Counted from the stretch's first letter, positions 20,443 through 31,432 are shown. The stretch is 64,000 bases of DNA from a bacterium (GCA_043804925.1 JAZDIP010000022.1:148931-212930); one strand, 5' to 3'. Translations and numbers: made by a program. Notes: generated by a model not told the origin, from the sequence alone.

Positions 20443-23400
20443 TTACTTAACTAATGACATCTTGCCTGTCAAAACTTTATCGCCTACAGTAAGTCTGTAG
20501 ATGTAAGTTCCGCTGGCAACTTTATTACCATTGCTATCATCGGCATCCCATATCTTTGAATGAGGACCTGCAGAGAGACTCTCATTTGCCAAAGTGTTAA
20601 CAACATTACCGTATACATCGAGAATTTCCAAAGAAACATTTGCATTCTCAGGAATCGAGAAGTTCAATGTTGTTGCTTCGATAAACGGATTTGGAGAATT
20701 CGGCATAAGTGATATGCTTCCCTTTTCAGTGTAAGTCAATGTAACGATATTTGAGAAATCGTCGCAGGACTGTGTACCGTCAAGGTCAACTTGTCTCAAT
20801 TTATACTGATATGTAGTGTTTGGAGTAACTTTTGTATCAACGAAATTATATTCGTGTGGTACGTTGGATGTTCCATGACCATTAATAAATTCAGGCATGG
20901 TATTCCATTCGTTACTTTCGTCACCTACAACTCTTCTTTCTACATAAAATCCATGGTTTTTAACTTCAGATGCTGTCTCCCAAATTAGGTCAATAGCACC
21001 CTGACGTACAGAACCTTTGAAGTATGTCAATTCTACAGGAATATCACAATTTTTGTATGGATATGTTGTGCTGTAGGTTCTGTGACCAAGATAGGGAACT
21101 ATCAAAGGCATCCATGTTCCACGTGACAGAGTAGCTGTAGCACCTCCATCTGCAGGAGTGAATCCCTGATGGTCCAAGTGAGCATAAGAAGGATTACCCA
21201 TCGTTGACATAAACTGTTCCCATGAACCGCTTCCCAACCCATTTTCATAAGCAAAGAAGTTCTTGTTCAATTGATTGCTTAGTTTGTCTCTTATCCTGAA
21301 TGATTTTTCAAGGTTAAGGTAAATACCCGATTGACCGTTTTTATCGGGAGTCTGTGGATTGTTGTAATAAAGGTTAGTACAACGCATACCGACTCTTGAT
21401 TTGGATGCACCAAGCTCGATACCTGTTTCACCAAGCTGAGATACTGCTACCCAATATATACCTTTTTTCAATACAATTGGTTCAGGCAACATTTCAAATA
21501 CAAATATATCCCACAATCCTGATGAATCAAGTAACTTATCATAACCGCGCTGGCTTTGGATTAGCGAACCGGGTATTTGGTTCGATGGTACATTTATTCC
21601 ATCATACATTCTGTATGTAACCCAATCCGGAGATGAGTTTTTGGGGCAATAGAATGCTCCATAACCGTAAATCGTATCTTCCGAAGTCAATTCAAATTTC
21701 ATTGCGATACTACCGGAACCGCCATCACCACCCGGGTCTCCAAGTTCCCATGCAATATTCCAACCGGCTAAGCCGCCGACACCACCCATTTTATATCCTT
21801 TCATCGTAAGTCCTCTGCCATATTCTTGGGCTTCAGCCATAACATCGTTGGATGCACGACGTAAATTATTTGGGTCGGTTACAGGATGATAAGCATACAT
21901 CGGACCGAAAGTTATAGTAAATGGACTATAAGTCGTATCATTCAATGGTTCCAAGTCTCCACCCGGTACATAAACATCACCTATTACAATGTATTTCCCG
22001 GGAGGTGAAAGTCTTGCATTCCAATTAGGCATTGTTATAGGTTCGTCAGAACCTGGTCTAAGGAATGGCATTTGTTTTGTTCTGCAATATATGGGTTGAG
22101 TTCTCATTAATACCCATCGTGCGGAATCTCTTGCCTGTTGATTGTAATATCTGAACGCTTCCATCATTTCTTCGTATTCAGGGTCGTCAGGAGAACCTCT
22201 CCATTGCCATTTATCCTTTAGGAAGAAACAATTACTTCCGTCAGCTCCACCGAAATCGGATTCTCTGACGATTGATGCTTTTACCCAAAACGATGGTGCC
22301 TGTCTGCTTGTATTGTTACTCAAAGACATCCTGATTGGGATAGCTGTTGCCTGACTGGCTGGAGTTATTGTGTAGGGCCAATCAATTTCGACTCTTGACA
22401 TTTCTATATCTACAACTTCCACATCAGAATAAAGAATTCTGACATTGTCAACATAGAACGGGTCTTCATCGTCAGCGATTGTCGTTGATGCCAACTGATT
22501 GTTTCTTGCATATACCCTTACTCTAAATCTGAAGTACAATGCTCCATCGGCAGGTGCTGTAATAAATGTATCCGGTATTGGGACATATAATTTTTTATAC
22601 TCAAAGTCAATACCGTCATCATAAAAATCATATCTCAAGCCATTTGGAGCTCTTTGACCGGTATATAATGGTGGTGCCAAAGCAGAGTCTTTGTCAGACT
22701 CGAGGAAACCGACCATGTAACCGCCGCCTCCAAATATTGTATAAGCAGCCATTTTCTTTTCTGTAGTTGCACCGCCTCTTCTCAAATGCCATCTCCAGTT
22801 ATCGGTGGCTATATTTGTAATATATGTACCGTCTCTCCAGTTTGGTGAAGGTCTGGCAAATTCGACGTGAAGCTGGTCGCATAATTCATTTGTTGTCGAG
22901 GAACCATAATTTGGATGATAAATGGCATACCAGTTTGATTGTACAACTCTATGCTCGCAACCAATCAAAGTTCCATCGCTCCATCCTCTTTCCCAATCAC
23001 TAACATAAGTTGACCTTTGGACAGCAAGCGTTAATACAGCGCCTAACTTACCCATCATATCAATTGGGAACGAACGAATTTCGTAACCGCCCCAAGCTCC
23101 AATACCGACAACTGATGGCGGAGGTCTTTCGATTTTGATTACGGGAGAAGCAATATCCGCGCCGGGAAAAACTTCATCATTTTCGCAAAGGAACCTGCCT
23201 CTTGGAGGTAATGGATTCTTTGATACCTGGTCTCCACTTGAAATTGTTGCACCAATACTTACCCATTTGAATACCGATGGGATTGGGACCGGTGAACCGT
23301 CATTGTTCGGAACAAAATGGAACTCGGTTACATCATCAATAAATTGTTCGTCATTTGGTATGTGTCTCATTACCCAGAATCTTAGATTCAAAGTGTCGTC

Positions 23401-25356
23401 AAAGGGCCACATATCTCCAAATCCTTCGTTTGTTCTCGGATCTGTCGGGTCAATCATAACAAAAGCTTTCATCAAGCCGATGTTTGACATATACAAATCG
23501 TTTGGTTCAAACGGAGGGAAATAAATTTGAACAAATGCATAAGGAGGACATCCGTCTAATCCGGGTTTAAGATGGTTACTTCCGTCATAATAGTCTGCAT
23601 GCATTGTGTCGGCTTCGTAGTTTGTACCCTTCAATGATACTTTTGCAAGCATGACTTTTTCGAATGCTTCATCTCCTGCCTTACGGGCTAATAATGTGCT
23701 GTCAACCTTCAAATATTTATTATATAAAGGTCTTCTTGTTGCCTGGTTAATAATAGCACAGCGAACTCTGAAGTTCAAATCCTGCGGCTGATAATTAACT
23801 CCGTTAGGACCCTGTATATCATTAGTAAGGTTTTGAACAATAGCTACAGGTTGCAACTGGCCGACTTGCTCATGACCTGCAAGTATTTCGTAGTCGGGTG
23901 CTTGTGCCGTCAAAACAGGTTCGGTATAAGCTGTATTACCTGCTTCTTGTTTTCTTACCCTGAAACCAAGGTCAACTACTCTTAAAGTATTCTTCCATGC
24001 TTTGAATTTAACAGCTGTAGTTGGTTCAGGATACCCGGGATGGTCAAGTCCTGTATAGTATTTTGACCAAACATAAGTGTATTGGTTGTAATCAGCTGCC
24101 CATGGAATTGTACCGGTATAAGACGGGTCTTCGGCTAACTCTTTAGAATCAAAGTTTAGATGACGTCCAAATCCGGTAACACAGGAGTGAGTATTGAAAA
24201 GCAACAAATCTTTACCTTCGGTTACATAATAGCCGGCGTATATATACCTTCCATATATTTTTTTATAATTGAAGGTAACAGTATTATCGGTACGGTCAAG
24301 TACAATTTGACCTGAAACACCAAGATAGCCATTATCTGCTTCTGTCATTGCATTTGGATTGTTTGAAGCCGATGTACTATTTGGATCAAGATTATAAGTT
24401 ACACCAGGGTAAGCAAGAAGATTGCCTTTATATTGCAACTCGGAAAAGTAAACAATCAGTTTATTGCCTGTCGGGTCTTTGTAAAAGTAAACCTTACCTC
24501 TGTCCCTTGGTACCTGGTTAGCAGCATCCCACTGTGACAAATAACCGTCACCCCAAAATGGTGCTAACATTGGAACATTTTTTGCTCCTGGATTAACAAC
24601 AATTGCTGAAGGTTGAGCAGTTGCAAAACCCGATCGGCTCAACTGGGTAGCCAACCACTGGCCGAAGTCATCTTCCTGACTGTCAACGCCTTCAGTACCA
24701 TCACCAATATGCCCGCTTACAATAAACCATTCATAACTGTGAGTATTATAACAGTTGGGTGTTGAATAATTATTTGATTCAACCTTTCTGTTTGGCGGAT
24801 TGGCGTTATCATACTTGTACCTGCCGTTCGAAAGCATTATAGCTCCGTTTGAAAAAACATAGAAGCTGTCATACTTCAAACCCATATACTCAAATTCGAA
24901 TCCAATTGGAATTGGACCCGCATAAACGTCATCAACCGAATCGCTTGTTATAGCGTCGTTACGGAAGAATCTATAACCGTCGTTTTTACGGGCAGGGTCT
25001 TCAAACCATGATAATTCTCTTTGGTTCGGACCCGATAAAATTCTTCTCCAGTTGAGAGCGTCTTCTGTGGTGTCGATAAAGTTATAATCGGGCATCCACG
25101 GTTTACCTGCTATATCACCGCTGTGTGCAAAGTAGTATCCGGTTGATATAGCTGCCTGTGCTTTCGGATTAACGATTGGGTCTCCGGTTTTTGTAAAGGG
25201 CAAGGGGTAACTTGTAGCCGGGAAAGCCCCACCGAAATCACTAGGAGCACTTTTCCGAAGCAGCTCAACTTTAATGTCTTTACTGTCTTTTGCGTATGTA
25301 TTAAGAGATAATAGCAATCCGCATATTACAGTAAATAGTAAAATGAATCTCTTCAT
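20443..25356 (-). CDS. Very large secreted protein (about 1637 aa) with C-terminal PVEL module and T9SS/FlgD-Ig-like sorting domain
   Basis: AAAGGA RBS before MKRFILL and a signal peptide. N-terminal DDVYAGPIPIGFEF...SNG module. C-terminal PVELTYFKG...YQYKLRQVDLDG and PNSPNPF...SGTYIYRL. Confidence 0.85.
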   Translation of the reverse strand: MKRFILLFTVICGLLLSLNTYAKDSKDIKVELLRKSAPSDFGGAFPATSYPLPFTKTGDPIVNPKAQAAISTGYYFAHSGDIAGKPWMPDYNFIDTTEDALNWRRILSGPNQRELSWFEDPARKNDGYRFFRNDAITSDSVDDVYAGPIPIGFEFEYMGLKYDSFYVFSNGAIMLSNGRYKYDNANPPNRKVESNNYSTPNCYNTHSYEWFIVSGHIGDGTEGVDSQEDDFGQWLATQLSRSGFATAQPSAIVVNPGAKNVPMLAPFWGDGYLSQWDAANQVPRDRGKVYFYKDPTGNKLIVYFSELQYKGNLLAYPGVTYNLDPNSTSASNNPNAMTEADNGYLGVSGQIVLDRTDNTVTFNYKKIYGRYIYAGYYVTEGKDLLLFNTHSCVTGFGRHLNFDSKELAEDPSYTGTIPWAADYNQYTYVWSKYYTGLDHPGYPEPTTAVKFKAWKNTLRVVDLGFRVRKQEAGNTAYTEPVLTAQAPDYEILAGHEQVGQLQPVAIVQNLTNDIQGPNGVNYQPQDLNFRVRCAIINQATRRPLYNKYLKVDSTLLARKAGDEAFEKVMLAKVSLKGTNYEADTMHADYYDGSNHLKPGLDGCPPYAFVQIYFPPFEPNDLYMSNIGLMKAFVMIDPTDPRTNEGFGDMWPFDDTLNLRFWVMRHIPNDEQFIDDVTEFHFVPNNDGSPVPIPSVFKWVSIGATISSGDQVSKNPLPPRGRFLCENDEVFPGADIASPVIKIERPPPSVVGIGAWGGYEIRSFPIDMMGKLGAVLTLAVQRSTYVSDWERGWSDGTLIGCEHRVVQSNWYAIYHPNYGSSTTNELCDQLHVEFARPSPNWRDGTYITNIATDNWRWHLRRGGATTEKKMAAYTIFGGGGYMVGFLESDKDSALAPPLYTGQRAPNGLRYDFYDDGIDFEYKKLYVPIPDTFITAPADGALYFRFRVRVYARNNQLASTTIADDEDPFYVDNVRILYSDVEVVDIEMSRVEIDWPYTITPASQATAIPIRMSLSNNTSRQAPSFWVKASIVRESDFGGADGSNCFFLKDKWQWRGSPDDPEYEEMMEAFRYYNQQARDSARWVLMRTQPIYCRTKQMPFLRPGSDEPITMPNWNARLSPPGKYIVIGDVYVPGGDLEPLNDTTYSPFTITFGPMYAYHPVTDPNNLRRASNDVMAEAQEYGRGLTMKGYKMGGVGGLAGWNIAWELGDPGGDGGSGSIAMKFELTSEDTIYGYGAFYCPKNSSPDWVTYRMYDGINVPSNQIPGSLIQSQRGYDKLLDSSGLWDIFVFEMLPEPIVLKKGIYWVAVSQLGETGIELGASKSRVGMRCTNLYYNNPQTPDKNGQSGIYLNLEKSFRIRDKLSNQLNKNFFAYENGLGSGSWEQFMSTMGNPSYAHLDHQGFTPADGGATATLSRGTWMPLIVPYLGHRTYSTTYPYKNCDIPVELTYFKGSVRQGAIDLIWETASEVKNHGFYVERRVVGDESNEWNTMPEFINGHGTSNVPHEYNFVDTKVTPNTTYQYKLRQVDLDGTQSCDDFSNIVTLTYTEKGSISLMPNSPNPFIEATTLNFSIPENANVSLEILDVYGNVVNTLANESLSAGPHSKIWDADDSNGNKVASGTYIYRLTVGDKVLTGKMSLVK

Positions 25357-25753
25357 TATGATTCCTTTAAATTGGTTAAACAAAATATAATTAGTTATAT
25401 TAAACATTTTATTAATTAAACATTTATTTTAGTTATCTTTTTCATTAATTAATTTCTTTTCCATATTCGGCTGTTTTCCTCGAATTCAAAGACTCAGCCG
25501 GTATTTTTTTCTTCTCGATTGTCCGGAAACATTCGATTAGTTACAGTTTATTTTCCATTAATCCGTAAAATATTGCTGAGGCAACTAATCCTCTGGCTCC
25601 GAATATTAAAATTCTTGAACTTTCAATTTGCATTCCCTTATACCAAATACTTAATAACATTAAATAATATCTATTAAAAATAAACTACAAATTAATAAAA
25701 ACTTTGAACTTTCACAAAATGTTTCCAAAAAATGTGCAAAGAAAAAAATTATA

Positions 25754-25846
25754 TTGTTTGAGCTTTCGCCCGAACAATGTTTTCAAAGAACGATTTATTG
25801 TTTCAAATTTATTTAACTATTTCAATCTTAGTAACATTCAAATATA
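25754..25846 (-). promoter_or_regulatory. Putative TAnnTTTG promoter, boxA-like element and GAAA-tetraloop hairpin in the leader of the 5-kb gene
   Basis: Minus strand: TATATTTG (25846-25839), CGTTCTTTGAAAAC (25792-25779), TTGTTCGGGC-GAAA-GCTCAAACAA (25777-25754). Confidence 0.5.
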
Positions 25847-26076
25847 AAAAAGTTATTTATATTTTGCATTATCTTTATATACAATGACACATTAGTTGGC
25901 AAATCGTCTCACAAATATATACACATATTGACGAAAAATATACAAACGACAGAAATTCTGCTACGAACGGTTTTTTTTTTGCGGTCAATGACTGACAAAT
26001 TTTGATAAAAAAAGAGAAAAACTTCTAAAAATTTAGTTTTTAAGACATTTATGAGGATAAATTAATAAGAACTTCA

Positions 26077-27426
26077 TCATATTTTAACTTTTAGCCACCT
26101 CTTTTTTTGAAGACTGAGTATTCCGATACCGGCAAATAAGATTTGACTCATTAAAATCGCTATCCAAATACCGTATTCCTCCAAACCTGTATAATGCGAT
26201 AAAATATATGCAAGGGGTAATTGGAAAAAATACAGGACAATTATAACCAGCTTTAAGCTTCGGAAATAATCACCCGCTCCACTTATAACTCTGATAGAAA
26301 TTAAACCAATAGCAAAAAACAGATAAGAAAATGATATGATTTTTAAATAATTGTCTGTCATTCCGATTATTTCAGTATCCAAGGTGAAGAACATTGTAAA
26401 ATATTTTCCGAAGAAAAATACAAGAATACACAAAAAAATCATTAAATAAGATATCTGTTTTATTGCTGATTTATGGAATTTGAATATTCGGTCAACCTGA
26501 CCGGCACCCAAATTTTGGCCGGTTATAATTTCGATTGCAACACCAACTGCAAAAATGCTCATGAATACAAAAAGGTCAACTCTAAGACCTATCATGTAAG
26601 TTGTGAGAACGGCAATTCCGAACAAATTTGTCATCCATGTAAGAATCATTCTGTTAACACTTATTGATACAACCTGCAGTGATGCGGGAACACCGAGCCG
26701 GAGAATTTTTTTAATAATGGTAAAATCAAATTTAAAATTTTTATAAGTTATTTCAATTTTCTTGTAATATCCAAAAAGGATAATTAATGCAATGATACTT
26801 CCCGTTGCCTGTGATAAAGCGGCAGCGAAACCTGCACCGTAAACTCCCCATTCCGGAAAAGGACCCAAACCAAAAATAAATAAAGGAGCCAGTATGGCGT
26901 TGATAACATTTGCTGTTATTAAAATCAACATGGGTATGAAGGAATTTCCTGTTGACCTAATCATTGAATTCACTTGGAAAATTAAGAAATTAAATGGTAT
27001 GCCATAAGAAATAACAGACAGATAATCATAAGCAAGTAACCTGACTTCACCTTTGAGGTTGAGCAAATCAAGCATAAATGATAATGATAGATTAAGAGTC
27101 AAAGCTATTGCAATGGCAAAAATGAACATGAAAACCAAACCCTGAGCGGCTGTTTCACCTGCTTTTTTAAAGTTTTGCTCTCCAACTCTTCTTGCAACGA
27201 TTATTCCTGTCCCGACACCAAATCCGATACCGATTCCAAATGAGAAGAAAAGAAGTTGTTCTCCTACCCCAACTGCAGCAATAGCGTTTGTTCCTATACG
27301 GCTTACATAAAACATGTCTACCCAAGCATATAGCATATGTATTAGAAAACTGATTGTTAAAGGTAAAGAGAACTTTCTCAAACTTGAATCAATGGGACCT
27401 TTTAATAAATCAACATTAGCCATCAA
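26077..27426 (-). CDS. MATE-family efflux transporter
   Basis: About 12 TM helices, VDMFYVSRIGTNAIAAVG, RSTGNS...PM and GAGDY repeats. Confidence 0.93.
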   Translation of the reverse strand: MMANVDLLKGPIDSSLRKFSLPLTISFLIHMLYAWVDMFYVSRIGTNAIAAVGVGEQLLFFSFGIGIGFGVGTGIIVARRVGEQNFKKAGETAAQGLVFMFIFAIAIALTLNLSLSFMLDLLNLKGEVRLLAYDYLSVISYGIPFNFLIFQVNSMIRSTGNSFIPMLILITANVINAILAPLFIFGLGPFPEWGVYGAGFAAALSQATGSIIALIILFGYYKKIEITYKNFKFDFTIIKKILRLGVPASLQVVSISVNRMILTWMTNLFGIAVLTTYMIGLRVDLFVFMSIFAVGVAIEIITGQNLGAGQVDRIFKFHKSAIKQISYLMIFLCILVFFFGKYFTMFFTLDTEIIGMTDNYLKIISFSYLFFAIGLISIRVISGAGDYFRSLKLVIIVLYFFQLPLAYILSHYTGLEEYGIWIAILMSQILFAGIGILSLQKKRWLKVKI

Positions 27427-27553
27427 ATTTTTTATTTTTTACTTATTAATTCAAAAGTTAACGTTTTTAAATGAATTTTGTTTGCTGAAATTATTTGACT
27501 TTATATTTTGCTATGCTGTTATTTATTACCAATATTTGTAATTTTGCAAATGT

Positions 27554-28696
27554 TTGAATATTGAAAATATTATTATGTACATAGATATAATTTTACTTAT
27601 TTCTTTTATTATTTTTTGTTTGAGAGTTTTAGTTTCATTTATTGGAGCCGTTAAGGAAAGAAACAAAAACATTTTCCGGGACTTTTCAGGTGAAGCATTT
27701 TCACTTTCCGTGGTTGTACCGGCGAGGAATGAGGAGAATACAATCAAAGAATGTATTCTTTCTATCTCGGGGAGTAATTATCCAATTGACAAATTTGAAA
27801 TAATAGCCGTTAATGACCGTTCGGCAGACAATACTTTGAAGATTTTGACTGAGTTGAAACAAACAATTCCAAATCTTACTATCATCAACATTGAAGACAA
27901 CATAAAAGAGAGAAACCTGCGGGGAAAACCGGGTGCATTGCAGGCAGGAATAGATAGTGCAAATGGTGAGATTATTGTTATGACCGATGCAGATTGTGTT
28001 GTTAATCCCGAATGGCTTATGACTCTTTCGAAAACATTTGAAGATGAGAAAATCGGTATGTCGGCAGGATACACCGCTATTAAAACTAAGTCAATATTTG
28101 ATAAAATTCAGTCGGTCGAATGGACATATCTTCATACTTTGGCAACTTCCGGAGTCGGCTTTGATATTCCTTTGAGTTGTTACGGGAATAATCTGGCAAT
28201 AAAAAAGAAAGATTTCGATTCTATCGGTGGTTATAATAGCGTTAGTTTTTCAGTTACAGAAGACCTTGCGTTGATGCATGCAATTCACAAAAGCGGCAAA
28301 AAGATAAGATACCTTACACTTGAAGAATCAACAATCACTACATTGCCTTGTCCATCTTTTAAAGAATATTTAAAACAAAAACACAGATGGGCAATAGGAG
28401 CAATGGACCTGGGATGGATTGCTTTTGTTTTTGTTCTCACTTCATTGTCAATGTGGCTCGGAATTGCAATTTCAATAGCATTTTGTCAACCCTGGTGTTT
28501 TTTTGCATTTCTTCTATTAAGAATTGCAGGCGATTCTTTAATTACAATACCGAGTGCAGTCATTTTGAAAAAGAAAGAAATTATTCCATGGGTTGTCCCT
28601 GCAATTTTCTTCTTTTTGTTAATGGAATTAATTGCTCCATTTTTACTATTGAAAAGAGATGTAAAGTGGAAAGGGCAAACGTTTAGTAATGGATAA
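27554..28696 (+). CDS. Membrane-bound family 2 glycosyltransferase
   Basis: VPARNEE, NDRSAD, GKPGAL, DADC, TEDL and QKHRW motifs. Confidence 0.9.
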   Translation: MNIENIIMYIDIILLISFIIFCLRVLVSFIGAVKERNKNIFRDFSGEAFSLSVVVPARNEENTIKECILSISGSNYPIDKFEIIAVNDRSADNTLKILTELKQTIPNLTIINIEDNIKERNLRGKPGALQAGIDSANGEIIVMTDADCVVNPEWLMTLSKTFEDEKIGMSAGYTAIKTKSIFDKIQSVEWTYLHTLATSGVGFDIPLSCYGNNLAIKKKDFDSIGGYNSVSFSVTEDLALMHAIHKSGKKIRYLTLEESTITTLPCPSFKEYLKQKHRWAIGAMDLGWIAFVFVLTSLSMWLGIAISIAFCQPWCFFAFLLLRIAGDSLITIPSAVILKKKEIIPWVVPAIFFFLLMELIAPFLLLKRDVKWKGQTFSNG

Positions 28697-28791
28697 TGGA
28701 GAAGGGAAAAGGGAGAAATAATTGCAAAGGGATTCATTGTAAAAACTCTGTGTAACTTAATTTCTCTCAAGTAATTTTAGTAAAGCATCTT

Positions 28792-29331
28792 TTAATCAGT
28801 TCCCGATTTTTGCTTTCTCATCACCATAACCATTCTTATAATGTAATATATGAATGAACCTGCCAAAAGGATTGTTGAAATCCGGATTCCCCAGAATGAA
28901 ACCGTTTCAAGATTCAATATGATGCACATCAGGGTAAGTCCCATAACGGTAATTGTCATTTTACCCAATACATTTGACGGAAGTACCCAACCGATTTTCT
29001 TTGCAGCCCAAAGACCTCCCAGCATCAGCAACAAATCTCTTCCCCAGATTATTAGGGCAAACCATATAGGCATACGTTCTTGAATTAGTAAAATAATTAC
29101 AATGACACCCACAAAAAGTTTATCTGAAAGAGGGTCAATGATTTTTCCGAATTCAGTAATCTGATTGAATCTCCTTGCAAAATAGCCATCGAGATTATCT
29201 GTTATAGCAGATAAAAAACCGATAAGAACCGCTATGACATTGTCATGCTCCCATAGGGCAATGCCCATCGGGATAACAAGCAGTATTCTGAACATGCTCA
29301 AAACATTCGGCAAATTCCAAACTTGACTCAT
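28792..29331 (-). CDS. pgsA: CDP-alcohol phosphatidyltransferase (PgsA-like)
   Basis: NLPNVLSMFR and the signature D-x2-DG-x2-AR-x8-G-x3-D-x3-D (TDNLDGYFARR...GKIIDPLSDK). Confidence 0.85.
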   Translation of the reverse strand: MSQVWNLPNVLSMFRILLVIPMGIALWEHDNVIAVLIGFLSAITDNLDGYFARRFNQITEFGKIIDPLSDKLFVGVIVIILLIQERMPIWFALIIWGRDLLLMLGGLWAAKKIGWVLPSNVLGKMTITVMGLTLMCIILNLETVSFWGIRISTILLAGSFIYYIIRMVMVMRKQKSGTD

Positions 29332-30731
29332 TTTTCATTCCTTTTTCTTATAAATATTATTGCCAAAATTAAAGATAATAAAATTCCGGGTATCATCGGT
29401 TCAATTTCAGAAAAAATTTCGATTGAGTCAAAAAATATTTTTCCCATTGTCCATAAAAAAGAGAGACCGGATGACGCTAACATTATTATAATTGCAATTC
29501 TTGGTTTGATGATGATTTTATTGCTATAACTGAACAGCATCGGTGCTAAAAGCCCGGGGATTGCAATAGATGAAGTCTTGTAGATTAAATCAACAGCGGA
29601 AGGAATCAGCATTGCAAGAAAGATGCTAAAGATTGAAGTTATTACAAGTCCGGTTTTAATTAATGATTTTGTTGACAATCTTTCCAGAGTACGAAAAAAT
29701 CTTTTTAAAGGTTTTAATATATCATTTCCAATTGTTGCCGCACTGATGAAAGCATAGCTGTCCAAAGTGGACATAATCGTTGCTAATAAAGCGACTGTAA
29801 ATAACCCTTTCCAGACAACGGGCAAAACGCTATCTCCTAACATTGGAAATGCCATGATTGGATTGTCTGTTATAAAGTACGCTTTTGAGTACAAACCAGT
29901 TATTAAAGTCATTGTATCGAAAATAATCCAAAATAAGACAGAAACCGCTATCCCCCTTCTTGCTGTCTTAGGTGATTTGGCGGCAGCACAGCGCTGATGA
30001 AATCCGGGGTCAATAAAAGTTTGCAAAGCAATGATAAACCAACTGATAATGTATTGCCAAGAATAATCGCCTGATAATTCCTTATGATTGACAGGTAACT
30101 TATCGAGCATTGTTCCAATGGGACCAAGGGAATTAACAGTAAAAAACAATAATACTCCAAAACCAATATACATCAACACGAATTGAACTGAATTAGTCAA
30201 TACATCTGCCCTGAATCCACCGGTATAGATATATGCTAACGATAGAATAGCTCCTGTTACAATGCAAATCCACAAAGACCAGCCGGTAAATAGATTAATC
30301 ATTACACCCAACATTAAAACATAGGCGGCAGGAATTGTAATAACTAAAACTATAAACGATGATAGCCAAGCCGCCCGCTTTCCAAAAGCATTTTCGATTT
30401 GCTCGGGAATCGTTCTGACTTTTGACTTTCTGATTTTCCCTGCGATAAAATAAGCGAACAGTAAAGCCGCAATATAATATGGCAAAGCAAAACAAACCCA
30501 GGCAACTATTCCACCTTTGTAGATGAATTCACCCATTCCGAGTATATTACCGTACCATGTTGCAACAAGAGTAGCAACAAAAAGAGGTAAAGTTACTTTT
30601 CTTCCGGCGAGTAAAAAATCAATTGTTGTCTCATTCGAGGAATCTCTTTTTCGTGACATGAAAAATCCCACATACAGAATGATGCAGAAGTAAAAGATGA
30701 TTACCAGCCAGTCAAAAAATTCTAAAGTCAT
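29328..30731 (-). CDS. Sodium:solute symporter family protein
   Basis: FLLAGRK, YTGGFRADVLT, QRCAAAKS and AATIMSTLDS-type motifs, about 13 TM helices. Confidence 0.92.
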   Translation of the reverse strand: MTLEFFDWLVIIFYFCIILYVGFFMSRKRDSSNETTIDFLLAGRKVTLPLFVATLVATWYGNILGMGEFIYKGGIVAWVCFALPYYIAALLFAYFIAGKIRKSKVRTIPEQIENAFGKRAAWLSSFIVLVITIPAAYVLMLGVMINLFTGWSLWICIVTGAILSLAYIYTGGFRADVLTNSVQFVLMYIGFGVLLFFTVNSLGPIGTMLDKLPVNHKELSGDYSWQYIISWFIIALQTFIDPGFHQRCAAAKSPKTARRGIAVSVLFWIIFDTMTLITGLYSKAYFITDNPIMAFPMLGDSVLPVVWKGLFTVALLATIMSTLDSYAFISAATIGNDILKPLKRFFRTLERLSTKSLIKTGLVITSIFSIFLAMLIPSAVDLIYKTSSIAIPGLLAPMLFSYSNKIIIKPRIAIIIMLASSGLSFLWTMGKIFFDSIEIFSEIEPMIPGILLSLILAIIFIRKRNEK

Positions 30732-30893
30732 AAAAATTGATTTTAAAAAAATAAAAAAAAGCTGATGACCGAAGCACGGTTCTTAGAATGATAGAAACAC
30801 TGATTGACCGAAAATCAAAAAAAGATATTTACGAAAGACAAGAAATATGAATTCCTGACTTTACAACTTTCTATTTTCTACAGATAGCGATTC

Positions 30894-31394
30894 TCATTTA
30901 ATAAGCAATGGTTTCAGCTTATGTACAATTATTTCGATTGACGATAATCCGTCATCAATATCCTTAAAAATATTTTTTGCCTGATGTTTTTGGTCAGGGA
31001 GTTTTGTCCTGACGTCATAAACATAAGCATTAATCAGAAGTTTTCCAGCACGAATATAAAAATTACCCGAAACAACTTTTTCGACATTCAGCGATGTAAC
31101 GGCTTTCCACATATCAGTCGGATACTGTGGATTTGTTGGGTCGAGATTTAATTCGGCGAGTAAATCCTCGATAGAATCCCCCGGAACAAGTTGAAATTGC
31201 TGCTGTTCGGCATCGAGAGCGAGAAGAGCTTTTTGCAAAGAATCCTGCAATTGATAGCACCAAATGTTTAAATCAATTTTACCTTCCTGATTTTGAAAGG
31301 GAAGTACTGCAATGCGTGTCTGTGAATTAATATTTGAAACAATTGCCAAATTAATTAAAACAGCAAAAGCAAAAAAAATAATGAGCTTTTTCAT
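30894..31394 (-). CDS. Exported hypothetical protein with CsgG/TolB-N/FlgO-like fold
   Basis: Signal peptide, RIAVLPFQN...VVSGNF pattern. Confidence 0.6.
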   Translation of the reverse strand: MKKLIIFFAFAVLINLAIVSNINSQTRIAVLPFQNQEGKIDLNIWCYQLQDSLQKALLALDAEQQQFQLVPGDSIEDLLAELNLDPTNPQYPTDMWKAVTSLNVEKVVSGNFYIRAGKLLINAYVYDVRTKLPDQKHQAKNIFKDIDDGLSSIEIIVHKLKPLLIK

Positions 31395-31432
31395 AACAAA
31401 TCCTCTTAATTGAAAAACAAATCAAGACATAT

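Noticed and set aside
30732-30893. TPP or other known riboswitch before the sodium:solute symporter
   Set aside because: No CTGAGA...ATACC...GAACCTGA core or other recognisable aptamer on the minus strand.
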